Shown: positions 26,955 to 40,412 of the stretch, piece after piece
Layout of the letters: each line of letters opens with the position of its first letter
Numbering within the stretch: position 1 is the stretch's first letter
NCBI RefSeq assembly: GCF_006345805.1
Contig: NC_043005.1
Coordinates: forward strand, 88,288,001 to 88,352,000
Reading direction: 5' to 3'
Length of the DNA: 64,000 nucleotides
Source of the DNA: Octopus sinensis
Taxonomy: Eukaryota
The notes under the pieces: model-generated
The model's input: the letters and a program-made list of their open reading frames with translations, nothing else
Told to the model about the DNA's origin: nothing
Database searches by the model: none
Position numbers and translations under genes: made by a program

Positions 26955-27260
26955 ATCACGTGATCACGTGACCGACCAGACCATCAGATGTTGTTACACA
27001 TCGCTGGTCACAATGCGTTCACATTGTTTTAGCCTTCGAATGACGCCACCCCACTGGCTAAGAGAGCAGGCCAACAGAAGAAAGAGTGGGAGAAAGAGTG
27101 GTGAAAGAGTACAGCAGGGATCACCACCTCCTGCCAGAGCCTCGTGGAGCTTTTAGGTGTTTTCGCTCAATAAACACTCACAACGCTCGGTCTGGGAATC
27201 AAAACCGCGATCCTGCGCCCACTAGTCCGCTGCCCTAACCACTAGGCCATTGCGCCTCCA
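26955..27260 (-). mobile_element. tRNA-derived SINE (family B)
   Basis: Minus-strand head GGAGGCGCAATGGCCTAGTGGTTAGGGC with a B-box-like GGTTTTGATTCCC; a partial copy lies at about 17070-17225. Confidence 0.8.
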
Positions 27261-27678
27261 CACATATATTATATATACATATATATATATATGTATATAT
27301 ATATACATATATATATATTATATATGTGTATATATAATATATATATTTTCAATACATTGGTTTGATAGTTCCAGATCAATAAGCTCTGATCTTGAGTAGC
27401 CAAGATAAAGTCTTCACTCCCTGCCTTTAGCTCTGATCTCCAGAGTCACTGATGGGTGTGCATATATTATATATACATATAATATTAAATATACATATAT
27501 AATATATACATATATATATATATATATATCCATCTGTACATATATACATATATACATATACATATACACACACGCATATATGTGTGTATATATATTTTAT
27601 ATATATAAAAGAAAGAAGTAGAAATTGAAAGTGTGCTAACAAATCACCCAGCTTGCTGCCCAAATGATGGTGATGATG

Positions 27679-27710
<32 letters not shown>

Positions 27711-27759
27711 AATGACGATAATGACGATGACGATGATGATGATGGAAGAGCAGCAACTG

Positions 27760-28812
27760 TTGTTGCAAAGACGGTGAAATCAATGGCAAAGCAAAATGCA
27801 TTTGAACAATTGGTTGATAGTTGGATAAAAAAAGCCCTCTGCAAGGCAAATATGTGGCCCTTAGTAAATAAGCTGGTGTAGACCAGAAGCACACCCTTCA
27901 GTGGCCATGGAGCACAGAGCTAAAGGCAGAGAGCAATGGCTTTATTTTAGCAGCTCAAGATCAGAGCTTATTGATCTGGAACGATCAAACCAATGTATTG
28001 AAAAATGGTGCAGACCCAAAATGTCAATAGTGCAACAATGCGATTTAAACAGTGGACCACCTTATCTCTAGGTGTAAAGTTTTAGCACCAGTAGAGTATA
28101 AATCTAAACATGACAGAGTTGGTCAATATCCACACTAGTTAACATGTCAGCATTATCAAATCAAAGCTGCTGACAAATGGTAAAAGCACCATCGTGAGGC
28201 TGGAACTGAGGGAGAAAACATAACGGTCCTTTGGGACTTTCCAGTATGTACAGACCAGACCATCAAAGCTAATTAACCAGATATTGTTGTTGAAAGACCA
28301 AAACAATAAGACCTGTTCACTGATTGACATGAGCATACCTTGTGATCATAATACCACGGCAAAAAAAGGCTTGATAAGCCCAGGAAATATTTCCAGATTG
28401 AAATTGAAAAAAATGTGGCATCTCAAGACAGTTACAATACCAGTAATTATAGGAGAACTTGAAATGATTAAAAAGGTAACTGAAAGGATTTGTGGATAAT
28501 CCCTGGCTTACCACCTTTGCAGGAAGTGCAAAAGATTGTCTTAACTGGTAATTGGTCACAAGTATTGAGAAGAAGATTGTTGCTCTTTCCTTTTCTTTTC
28601 CCCTTTTATTGTTTTTGTTTCCTCTTTTTCCCTTTTTTTCTTTATTCCCCTTCTTTTCCCTGTCTTTCTCCCCCATTTTTTCTGTCTCATGACTTTGTAA
28701 ATGAACAATCTGATGTGTTTATTTTGATGGCCTACCAATGTATACAATAAATTTCTTTGCTCTAGGTGTTGGGAAGACACAGGAAGAAATGGAAACGAAA
28801 TTGAAAGAAGAA
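27760..28812 (+). mobile_element. R4/Dong-type 3' fragment (same family as 14440-16540)
   Basis: GFILAAQDQSL, CSLIDMSIPCDHN and IPVIIGEL remnants; ends in (AAT)n. Confidence 0.8.
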
Positions 28813-28825
28813 GATAATAATAATG

Positions 28826-28865
<40 letters not shown>

Positions 28866-29401
28866 TAATAATAATAATAATAATAATGATAATAATAATG
28901 ATAATAATAATGATAATAATAATAATAATAATAATGATAATAATGATAATAATAATGATCACAATAATAATAATAATAACAATAATAATGATAATAATAA
29001 TAATGATCACAATAATAATAACAACAACTACTACTACTACTACTACAGAGAAAACAACAAGAACAATAGCAATGATAGTAATGATAATAATATAAATAGG
29101 ATAATTTCATAAGGGTTAAGTAGGTGAAGAAAACCTGTAGAGGATCTGCCAAGGGTAACTTCTCTGATATTTGTCTGAGAAGATAGGATTGGTTATCATC
29201 AACACAAACACCACCATCAACAACCACAACAACAATAATAAATAGTATGAAGAGGATAAGCAAATCCATTTCAAATAGAACCATGGGATTATAGATTATT
29301 GGAAACTTTGAAAGAAATGTCTTTGATCTTCGGTTTATGAAGACTGATTTGAGGCTAAACACCCACTACAATACAATTAGCAAGAACAATAGAACCACTA
29401 C

Positions 29402-29433
<32 letters not shown>

Positions 29434-29439
29434 ACATAC

Positions 29440-29488
<49 letters not shown>

Positions 29489-30899
29489 TTGCAAGAACTA
29501 CGTTTTGATGCACACAACAAGTGATACAGTATAGAAGAAGAGCAACAGTCAAGCTCTGACCAAGTCCACCTTTCCCATTTCACAATGGCTACCACAAGAA
29601 CATAGAGGGTAGACTGGACAGTGGAAAGAGAAAAGCATGTCCACATGGCAATATTTCACCCCTTACGTTAAACCATGTCAAATCCTGATGACCATCCAAA
29701 CAGTGTCTAGATGATTCCCATAAATGTGCCACCCAACATTTGCCAGTGACCGGCCACCTGTGTTTGTCCGTAAGAGTTGAATTAAGGGTCCAATTCAAGC
29801 ACCTTTTCACTCAACTTTTGTCCCTTCAAAGTACTTCATCAGACCCCTAAGAATTTTATTCTTCGTGTAAATAGATGAGCAGAATCCATGAGCATCAATT
29901 GAAAGAGGCTTATTTCAATAATGACTTGAAACCTGAACATCTCAGATCCACATCAATCACCCTTCTGTCAGTGCTAATACTTTCTCACTAGATGTGGATG
30001 GTATGTGCAATTGGGTACCTCACTTCATGCAAGTTCTTGGCTTAACTTACATGTAAAAACACTGACGTGCACACACCATTCCACATATCAGTTAGAAATA
30101 GTAGCTGAATCTCCCTCAAGTTACTACATAATATCTTGTGTATGTTTACATGCATTTGTTTGACAAATCTCCTTAAGCTTGGATTTCATTCAATCAATGA
30201 CCCCTATTTTACCAGATAATTTGATGTCCCTCTTGTCAGTATCTGTGCACAATCTTCCAACCGGCCACTTGTCTCACAATAAGAAATACTGAATTCCAAT
30301 GGTTAGACTACTGTGTTTCTGCAAGCCTAGCAGGCAGCTCGGATGAAACATCACATGACTGTCTTTTGTTTGTTATGTTCAGCCAATCACAACTGGAACT
30401 TTCGTTTGCCTCAAAAAGCTGAGTAAAATCTCTATAAAGACCCTTTTTTTCTATTTCAACAAACAGGAATTGTTGTCTGATGAATCCACACGAGATGATT
30501 TTTTTAGACTCTCACAAATACATAACTCACCACATCCCTTTTCTCCCTCTCCCTCCCTCTCTCTCTGTCTCTCACGCACTCATACACACACACACATTAT
30601 AAATAGACATACACATCATTCTTTGCTTGCATTGTTTGTTATTTGAAATGTTTCAGAAATTCTTCTCTCGACCATTTCTTCGAAAATATAAACAACGCCA
30701 AACATTATGATGCCATGGAATTTCTTGTAATTACTGTTGTTGTTGTTGTTTCCAATCTCTTGTTTTGTTTTGATCTGGTGTGGTCAATTTAATATTTCTA
30801 ATGGAATAAAACATCTGTTCTCGTATTTCAGTGTAATCTTCAGCATCTTTTCATTTGTGTGTGTGAATTATCTGTAAAGTATGCCCGCCTTTCCATTCA

Positions 30900-31220
30900 G
30901 ACACTACAAAACAACCTACCCCCATCAAACTATAATATCATTCGCCATCTCACAAGGAAGAATTACCCATAATGCAGAGGAAAAGGAAGATACAGGAGCC
31001 TGACCGGCCACTATCAGTTTGTACTAGTAGCAGTAGAGACCTCAGGTGTTCTCAAAGCCTGCACGGATGATTTATGCCACAAAATCAGAATAATTGTGGT
31101 CCACCTGAAAAATGAGCCCTGCTAGGTGGATTGGCTGCTGAAGCAAGTGTTGCTGGCCATTCTCCACAGCAATGCCTTTGCAATCAATTCCACAGGGCAC
31201 CGTTGAACATGCCATTTGGT
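30900..31220 (+). mobile_element. Degenerate CRE-like LINE 3' fragment
   Basis: FVLVAVETSGV and LAILHSNA remnants resemble the RLE C-terminus also seen at 58890-59520. Confidence 0.45.
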
Positions 31221-31371
31221 CTGAGGTGTACAACCCTTTGCTTCCTTCCAATCCCCATTTTCCACTGCTTAATTCTCACCATTTCCCCCCACTTATGTGT
31301 ATTGTAGTTTTGACTAGTAAAATTGGAAGACTAGCAATTTTGGTGATTTGTGTGTTGAGCATAAGCCTAAA

Positions 31372-31576
31372 CCAGAGTTCCTCAACTTTTCTCTACCCTT
31401 GGACTTTTTTGATTTCTTGTTTTACTCTGAAGGAATCTCCGAGCCATTTGATGCTTAAAAAATCTTATATTTTTATAATGAAAGTATGAGCTATTTTATT
31501 ACACATAGATTTGAATGACAAAATCTTATAGGGACCCCAAAGGATCATATGGACCCCAATTGTGAACCCCCACTGG
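31372..31576. mobile_element. hAT-like MITE
   Basis: Termini CAGAGTTCCTCAAC and GTGAACCCCCACTG; internally related to 58778-59997. Confidence 0.5.
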
Positions 31577-32494
31577 TCTAGAATGTTCAATTAGTGGAAC
31601 TTTTTGGTGACAGGATTTCATATTTGTTTTGAAATCTCATATTTATACTAGGGGATTGTTATTATGGATGTGCAGCTTTGCAGAATTTCCATTTAACTTC
31701 AGTTAATCTTGCTTGTAAACAGGGGACAAACCCTGAAATTCGAGGGAGGGTTTAGTCAATAACATCAGCCACACCCAGTTAATGACTGGTACTTTATGCA
31801 TTTTATCAATCCTGGAAGGATAAACATTTAAGTTGCCCTCACTAGGATAACTTCAACCATTATTATTTTAAATTATTGTGGCAGGGGGCAGAAGAAGAGC
31901 AATTTTAGGGGGAAGGAGGGACGGGATTAGTCAGTTACATCGACCCCAGTATTTGATTGGTACAACATTTTATCAACCTCAAAAGCATGAAAGCCAAACT
32001 TGCCCTTGGCAATATTTGAACTCAGAACATCAAGAGCCAGAAGAGATGCAGTTAAACATTTTGTCTAATTCTTGCATCTCGTTACCTGGAACTTTTACTA
32101 ATAAGGGTTTCAAATTTTGGTCAGCAATTTGGGGTGGGGGTTGTCAAATGTTCATTATTCATTTTTTTTTTTCTCTCTCCCCCATTTCTCACTCCTACAA
32201 TAGACTCCCTGCAATTTTTAACTAGGTTCCACCAACATGTTCACCTTGTTGTGGCACTTCTTGCCACTCTTACTTAAAAATGACTCCTCACCTTTTCATT
32301 CTGTTGACCCACAACATTAACAGTTACCTTCACTTTACTAATGACTACAATGGAGTCTCTGTCTCATGTCTGCTATTCTAATTTACCTGTTGAAGGTGCA
32401 TGGCTTAGTGGTCAGTGCATCTGTACCTGAATGTACAGGATGGGCAAGGATGAGGGGGCAGGGTGTAAGACTAGCAGTCAGCTCTGCATTCTAG

Positions 32495-32554
<60 letters not shown>

Positions 32555-32904
32555 TGCACCAGTGTTGTCCTGATACAACTTGGCATCCTTTTCATCTCAG
32601 AATGTCAAAACCCAACACAGACACTGCCACATCCTTTGTCTAACCCTCTAACACCACCATTTATCAACCACCCTTGGATTAGTAGAATCACAGAAAACAC
32701 ACACCCTGCATCTAGGGTCAAGCAACATCAAAATGAGATTTTTTGTAAACAATCAAAATAAAACAACCAAACAAAAAATACAATAATAAAAATCAAATTA
32801 GTTAGAATCATGCAATTTTATTTATCTGTTTTTTGGTGAATGAATTTAATCAAAATGGTTTCCTTATAAAGATAATATATGGTACATAAAAATCACCATA
32901 TGAG

Positions 32905-33124
32905 CGTGGCCGTTGCCAGTACTGCCTGACTGGCCCTCGAGCCTGTGGCACGTAAAAGCACCCACTACGCTCTCGGAGTGGTTGGTGTTAGGAAGGGCAT
33001 CCAGTTGGAGAAACTGCCAGATCAGAGTGGAGTCTGGTGCAGCCATCTGCTTTGCTAGTCCTCAGTCAAATCGTCCAACCCATGCTAGCATGGAAAGCTG
33101 ACGTTAAACAATGATGATGATGAT
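32905..33124 (+). mobile_element. SINE/LINE-tail repeat (family C) with (GAT)n tail
   Basis: Core GGAAGGGCATCCAG...CCAACCCATGCTAGCATGGAAAG; other copies at about 46560-46800, 49195-49475, 50085-50265, 52140-52350 and 53820-53990. Confidence 0.8.
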
Positions 33125-33133
33125 ATATATAAT

Positions 33134-33580
33134 TATTAATAAAAGGAATTCCAACCTTGTCTGGTTTTCACGTTTTATTTACAATCTTATAATGATATAA
33201 TATAAGATAATATAATATAATAAAATAAAATAAAATAATAGAATGTTAAATGTTCATTCTGATTGAACTAGTACTTTCATGCATTAAATTCTGCAATATT
33301 CAGGTTCATGTAGTAGTGGTGACAGTCATGTTTCACAATTGTTGACTGTAGCGAGATGATTAAATCTGTCAAAAATTGTGAAGCATGACCGTCACCACTA
33401 CTACATGAACCTGAAGATTGCAGAATTTAATGCTTGAAAGTACTAGTTCAATCAGAATGAACATTTAACATTCTATTATCTTATTTTATTTTATTATATT
33501 ATATTATATTATATTATATCATTATAAGATTGTAAATGAAACATGAAAACCAGACAAGGTTGGAATTCCTTTTATTAATA
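33134..33580. repeat. Long fold-back, about 213-bp arms and 21-nt spacer
   Basis: 33134-33346 is the reverse complement of 33368-33580 with few mismatches. Confidence 0.95.
33406..33450 (+). ncRNA. Minimal hammerhead ribozyme (right arm); mirrored copy on - at 33264-33308
   Basis: UGAAC-CUGAAGA-UUGCA...UGCUU-GAAA-GUAC-UA-GUUCA; palindromic stem III AGUACU. The mirrored copy has CUGAAUA. Confidence 0.75.
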
Positions 33581-33616
33581 TATTCTTCTATACACAATCA
33601 CACACACCCGTATATA

Positions 33617-33665
<49 letters not shown>

Positions 33666-34271
33666 GTGTAATAAATAAAATATATGCATACATACAAACA
33701 TATATGTACGTACCGACATCTACATGTATATATACATGCATATATAAATATATATATACGTACAGGACACCACAAGAAGACATAAAAATCAACAGAAACG
33801 AAAACGGAAAAGCCATTTGTTACAACAGAAGGACAGAGACGTGGAACAAGACGAAACGAAAACGGGAAAAACAATTATGTGCAGCAGAAAAACGAAGTAC
33901 AGGACATGCTGCACAAGGAAAAATCCCCTTCATCAGCTGTTGCTAGCAGACACGTGTTTTGAAGGCAGAGACAGAACACGTATGGTCATGCTAGGCCTTC
34001 CTACGAGAGAATTAAAATAAAATAACCTCGTAGAGGGGTGTAAAACGAGCAAGAAAAAAATGTAACACAAAAAGGGACGTAACAAAGAACTGTACAAAAA
34101 AATACATACAAGAAAAAATAATACAAAATTAAAGATACATGTACAAGAAAATACATAACAAGAATTAAATTACAATACGAGAAATCAAAAATAAACAAGA
34201 GACCAAACGAAAAAGACAAACGAAGGCCTTTGTTCTGGCAGGGACGAGAAGGTAACTGGCGAGCGCTGGGA

Positions 34272-34302
<31 letters not shown>

Positions 34303-34535
34303 CGGGCATGGCTGTGTGGTTAGGGAGCTTGCTTCCTAGCTACATGGTTTCGGGTTCAGTCCCACTGCGTGGCACTTTGGGTAGGTGTCTTTCACTATAG
34401 TCCCGAGCTAACCGGAGCTTTGTGATTGAATTTGGAAGTGGAAGTTACTGCCGTGTGTGTATGTGTGCGTGTAGGTGCTTGTGCCTCTCCGAATGGGAGA
34501 GAGGGGGATATATATATATATATATACATATACCA

Positions 34536-34612
<77 letters not shown>

Positions 34613-35122
34613 ATATATATATATATACATGAATAATGAAAAACCCTAATGTTTAATGATGGAAAGTTTCTCAAACCATTCCAAAATTCCCCAAAGAATG
34701 GTTTCCTCTCTTTTTATTCATTTCCCCCAAATCTTTTTGTTTTGTCTTTTGATTCTATTTTCCACACAACTTTACACTTTAATTGCACATTGGAACATAA
34801 GAATTAAAAATAAATATGAAAATAAATTTAAAAGAAAATAAATGCATAACGATACTAATAATAAAAGTAATAATAAAGATAATAACAGAGGCCTTTATAA
34901 CTTAACACCATTTAAGATAGCATGGAGATTTGAAAATGAATGGAGATCCTACCAGAAGAGAGAGAGAGAGAGAGAGAAAATTAGTGGAAGGAAATGTTGC
35001 ACAAGTATATACATAATGAAGAAAAGCTAGATTCAGTTACCTGAGGAAAATAAATATGTATGCATATATACATAACTGTACATATACACACACTTGTATA
35101 CCTATAAGTGCATAAACACCTT

Positions 35123-35161
<39 letters not shown>

Positions 35162-35203
35162 CCCATGCTAGCATGGAAAGCAGACGCTAAACGATGATGA
35201 TGA

Positions 35204-35294
<91 letters not shown>

Positions 35295-36359
35295 CATGCA
35301 CACACCTGTGTATGTATATGCACTTGGAAGAGATTCAAACCAAATAAAATGGTATTCTTGGTTGAATGAAATCCTCTTTATACATGCAAGTCTGAGAACA
35401 GGGGGTAATAATTGTAAAAAGGAAAGCAGAAGAACGACATACTAGCAGTAAGAAGTGGCAGCACTGTGAAATGGACAAGCGTTTCATTAACTTGTAGTGC
35501 CAAGTCCAATTCCAGGTGTGGTTCTAGCTTGGCAAATGTTGGCCTCAATTCAGCTGATTTGTTCTACATATACAACACAAGAAGCGCAAGTTTCCCGTGT
35601 CAGTCCTCTACAACCCAGTAATGCTGTGGCTGTTGACTGTTTATTTATAGAGAATAGCCCTAAAGATGGCAAGGGAATAAGGAAGACCTTTCGTTGGAGA
35701 AGGATAAGGGAAGTATGGTGTAACCTTAACAGATAAAAGGGTGATACTGAGATTTTTTAAATGATAAGGACTGCCTTAAAAAGCTAAAAAAGCTGTACAG
35801 GGCCTCTTTAAAAGGTAAAGGCTACATAGGACAGTTCATCCAGCAACTTTGATAACATCCTTAGAAGGTAAGCTATGGCCCTAGACAGGGAAGTATAAAG
35901 CACTGAACAAGATTCTGTAAAAGACTCAACAGGATTCACAATCCACTGTTGCTTCTTAAGTGAAAATTGTAATTGTAATTCCAGGGTGAAAAATTAAATA
36001 TAAATTGATATTTATGAATTTAGGTTTATTTTCACTTGTTTCAAAGAAAGTTTTTAAAGTATTTCAAAGAATTTTACAAAATGAAATAAAATGAAATAAA
36101 AGCAAACAAGCAAGCATGCCATCTGGCAGATTAGAATCTGTCGACAGCTTGGTGTTAGAAAGAAAGCTCCAGCCTGCTTCCAAATCGATGCTATCTTTGG
36201 TGATATTCGGTCTTTTACAAAGGCAACCATTTCATTCCTGGCAACAAGGCATAAAAAAAGCAAAACAACAAAACAAAAAAGTAAAAAATAAGACAAAACA
36301 GCAGTTGAGTTGAAATTTCCGAAAGTCAAAACATCAGACCTTGCTTCTTATTAAGGCTT

Positions 36360-37460
36360 TCTAGGTTTTAGTCTTTGCTAACTCAATTCTAAGGCCCCTT
36401 GATTCCAAACGTTGCTTCCACACCTGAAATTTCTTCTCTAGTTCTTGTAGTGATTCAGCAATAAGTTCAAAGTTATCAGCATAGAGGAGCTTTCACGAAC
36501 AACACATCTGAAATTCCTCTGTTATGGCCTGGAAGACTATGATGAACAAAAAGGGGGCTGAGAATCGCTCCTTTGTGTACACTCCTACCTATACACTGAA
36601 TTCACTGTTATACTCGTTGCCAACCTTCACCTTACAATCAGCATCTCTTTACCTGGTGGTTTCTACAGCTCTCACCAGCCACTCATTTATCTTTAGCCTT
36701 CTGCATTGCCCACCAGATAAGGGAGCAGGGGAGCCCCTCAAAGGCTTTCTCCATTTCAATAAAGCAAAGTAGAGAGGTTTGTTTTTGAACAAGTACTTCT
36801 CCTGAAGCAGCTTCACCAAGAAGATAGCATCAGTTGTGCATCTTCCTGGCACAAAACCAAACTGCATTCCATCAAGACTCTCCCTTTTTAAATTTTGACC
36901 CTCTCTGTAATTTTCATCACCTGTTCCAGCGATTTGATACCTTTGTAATTATCTCTGTCTAAAGTATCACCTTTACATTTGTAGAATTGACTATAATGTT
37001 GCTACACCAACCATTGGGTGTGTCACCTTTATGGACACCACCATGTCACCATAGGTGTGGAGAGGACTTTGCACCAGCCACAAATTTGGTCGGTGGCCTC
37101 CATTGCGTTGTCTTGTAGGAACCTCCAGTTGTCCTCTATGTTATTCATATATTACTATCTTCTCCTCCTCCTCCTCCTTGCCAAATGCTTCATTTAGAAT
37201 CTCTCTAAATCTCTGACTATTCAAAGGATCCTTAAGCTTCCAAATCCTTCTTTTCCAAACTGGTTTGCTTCTTGGCGTCTTTCTAGCCTGAACTCTGAAT
37301 TCACTATTAACTAACACATGTTGAGGTCTACACTCTTCACCTGGGAAGGGTTTTGTGTTTATAAGCAACCAGCTTTCCTGCTTTCTGGTGAAAATGTAGT
37401 CAACCTTGCTTTGTGTGGCACCAGGTGACTGGTTGGTTTCTTGAAGTCACTATTGCAAAT
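36360..37460 (-). mobile_element. RTE-like LINE fragment (RT and endonuclease-linker remnants)
   Basis: QFGFVPGRCTTDAIF and LLYADN remnants; related pieces at 41580-41830 and 43370-44330. Confidence 0.8.
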
Positions 37461-38413
37461 AATAAATTGTGCACACTCAACTAAATGCACAAACAAATAA
37501 ATATATTCATATGCACATGTGTATATGTGCACATGCAAATATGTATAAGCTATTTCTTATGCAAGTCATTCAATTCCTGCACCTGGTTTATTACAGTTGG
37601 AATGGCATTGATGTTATTCCTTTTAAATTGTTGAAATGGAATATTTTAATATCTAAAAAGAAAAAAGAGCAATAAATCACACCCGCTACGAATACTGTAC
37701 ACGTTGTGTTCAAAATAGTGAAGTTATGAAGAATTCCTTCGATTCTCGTTCGAATTCTTGGCCACCAACTGCATTTATTTTCCTGGCGATACTCTTTATT
37801 CATCCCCATCATCATCAACATCATTATCATCATCATCATCCTTTAATGTCCATGTCCCATACTCACATTTGGTATTCAAAGGATAGGAACATTAAGTGTG
37901 ATTTAATGGGGTCCTTTATTAGTTACGCACCATAGTACAATACTGGTAATTTTAAACGTGATCTTTGCCTTGAGGTATTATATAATTACTTCTAAATGTC
38001 ATTGAATTATAAAGGTAATTTTACAATGAAATGTTCTCACAAATATAGTAAAGCATTTAAATACTTCGATTCTAAATAACTCATTAATTGTAATTGCTTT
38101 TCACATAATATGATACGCATATTTTTTCTAAAAATGTTAAGCATATTTTATAGATAGGTAACTAATTGTTGTGACTACCTATTCGAAACCAAAGTCACAT
38201 GTTTTCTGTAGTTGCATGTGTTGTGTATGCTGGCGCATTGTCCTGCAAGAACAGGATATTACAGCTCAGCTTTCCACGTTTCTGTTTCAAATCTTCATGT
38301 ATTTCGACCAACAGAGACATGTAGTATTCTGCGGTAGATTTGAAAAATTAGAATGTATAAGCACGGAGCATATACTGGGTTGTCTCGTGTATATATATTT
38401 AATCTAAGGTGTA

Positions 38414-38488
38414 CCTGCTGAAGAAGACTTCATCTAGCAAATGTTTTTTTTATTTGCTATACAAAAAGTCTGAAACCATTGGTCCAGG
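38414..38488 (+). ncRNA. Type I hammerhead ribozyme with extended stem II
   Basis: CCUG-CUGAAGA-AGACUU...UAGCAAAU/AUUUGCUA...AAGUCU-GAAA-CCAUUGG-UC-CAGG; all three stems intact, GUC site. Confidence 0.85.
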
Positions 38489-38804
38489 AGTTAAATAGTA
38501 AATGTTTTTATTTTTCATTCATTTCGAAATCTTATCCCAAATAGTTGGTTTGGAATTTAACTGACCTCTCTAGCATGCAAGGAATCCTGTAATGGATACC
38601 TCTTATGTGTTTAAATGTACACTCTATATATATATATATATGTATGTATGTACGATGGACTTCTTTCAGTTCCCGTCTACCAAATCCACTCGCAAGCCTT
38701 TTCTCAGCTCGACGCTATTATGGAAGACACTTGCTCAAAATGCTATGCAATGGGACTGGCTTGGAAGCATGCTTCTTACTCCACAACCACTCCTGTGCCT
38801 ATGC

Positions 38805-38844
<40 letters not shown>

Positions 38845-39470
38845 CAACAAGGATAACCAAGGTAGAGTAGTACAATTGTTTCATGCTACTTCATTTTATT
38901 AAACACTGTAAATATTACATCAGTTTTAAAATGTCGAGCAATCTTATATATGTATAGATAGCTTATATATGTATATAAGATGGATACATTCATCTTCTCT
39001 GAGAATAAAATCTCTCCTCATATCTCCAGAAATTACACCTGCATTATTATGGATGGATTTACCTTTTCTGTGAAGCTAACAATCTTTTTTAAAAACCTTT
39101 TATAAAACTGTGCATCATTAGAGAACATTTTAAGTCTACTTACAATCTAACTTTGCTTTTCATAGAACTCTCTTCAATACTTCATGAGTGTAGCCTCACC
39201 CCCTAGGATGTTTGGAAAACTCATATGTGTTTTGGCTGATGAATACGGGACACTTGTATTTGTTGCAATATTTGCAGCTTTTAATAAATCTGTTCTTCGT
39301 ATGAAACAATTGTACTGAACAACTAATCCATTCTTGTTGCTTTTTTCTTGTTTATAATCACTCCACATTATTCTATGGTTAATACCATAAAGATTTTTGG
39401 TGCATCTAAGTTAAGTGCCACATTTATGTGAATTCATTGGAACTCACTTGAATCTTAATTGTTTTACTGA

Positions 39471-39501
<31 letters not shown>

Positions 39502-39554
39502 TATAATACATTTCTAAATATCTCAGAGAGATTTATGCAGTAGTAATACGATAA

Positions 39555-39993
39555 AGTAGTTGCATACTGTCAACTTAGTGTAACAGTCCCATGAATGGAA
39601 TCATACAACTGCTATTCAGCCCTAGGACGCAGCAACGCTTCCTGTCGGCCTTAACACGTTTCCTGTGTCCTTATGAGATAAAGAGAAATGTATTATTTCT
39701 ATTTTTGTAATCAGTGAATTTATTTCACTTGAATTCTTATGTTTACAAGAGCTAGATAGGCATCCCCAACAAGCAGGCCATGCTACTCCAGACTGATGAT
39801 GAGCAAGGACTCAGAAACTAGTCTCTGGCTGCAGGCTTAGCTGGGTGGAGGTGCTTATCTCCCCTTTGTAAACATAAAGAAACCGGAAATGTGTCAAGGC
39901 CGACAGGAAGCGTTGCTGCTTCCTAGGGCTAAGTAGCAGTAGTGTGATTCCCTTCATGGGACTGTCACATTAAATTGACAGTATACAACTACT
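39555..39993. mobile_element. Element with about 120-bp imperfect terminal inverted repeats around an HHR-containing core
   Basis: 39555-39675 is inversely repeated at 39873-39993; (TA)n tracts lie close on both sides. Confidence 0.85.
39788..39828 (+). ncRNA. Canonical minimal type I hammerhead ribozyme
   Basis: CCAGA-CUGAUGA-UGAG(CAAGGA)CUCA-GAAA-CUAG-UC-UCUGG; palindromic stem III ACUAGU, GUC site. Confidence 0.9.
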
Positions 39994-40309
39994 CTCTCTA
40001 TATATATATATATATGGCAGGCTTCTTTCAGTTTCTGTCCACTGAATCCACTCACAAGTCTTTGGCTGGCCCAAGGCTATAATAAAAGACACTTGCCCAA
40101 GGTGCCATGCAGTGGGACTGAACAAGGAACTGTGTGGTTGGGAACCAAGCTTCTTACCACACAACCATGACTGCATAGTTTTGTTGATCTTAACAACAGA
40201 AACTAATGGTTGATGAATTTTCCTGTTTTTCAGCTACTATTTTCGGTAAGTCTTGTTTGCCCCCATCCCCCTCCCCCTCCAATTTCTTCATTTTTCACTA
40301 TTTCCGTAA

Positions 40310-40412
40310 CTCTAACCCTAAAATCCCAACCCTAGCCCTAACCCTAAAACCCCAAGCCCAACCTTAATCCTAACCCTAACTCTAAAACTCAAACCCTAAC
40401 CCTAAAGCTAAA
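40310..40412. repeat. Degenerate (CCCTAA)n telomere-like tract
   Basis: Repeated TAACCC/CTAACC units with many variants. Confidence 0.75.

Noticed and set aside
33920-34000. Minus-strand hammerhead halves (AAAACACGUGUC followed by CUGAUGA)
   Set aside because: GAAA is mutated and the two halves do not assemble into one complete fold.
40310-40412. True telomere or chromosome fusion site
   Set aside because: Short, very degenerate and single orientation; such tracts are common inside non-autonomous DNA elements.
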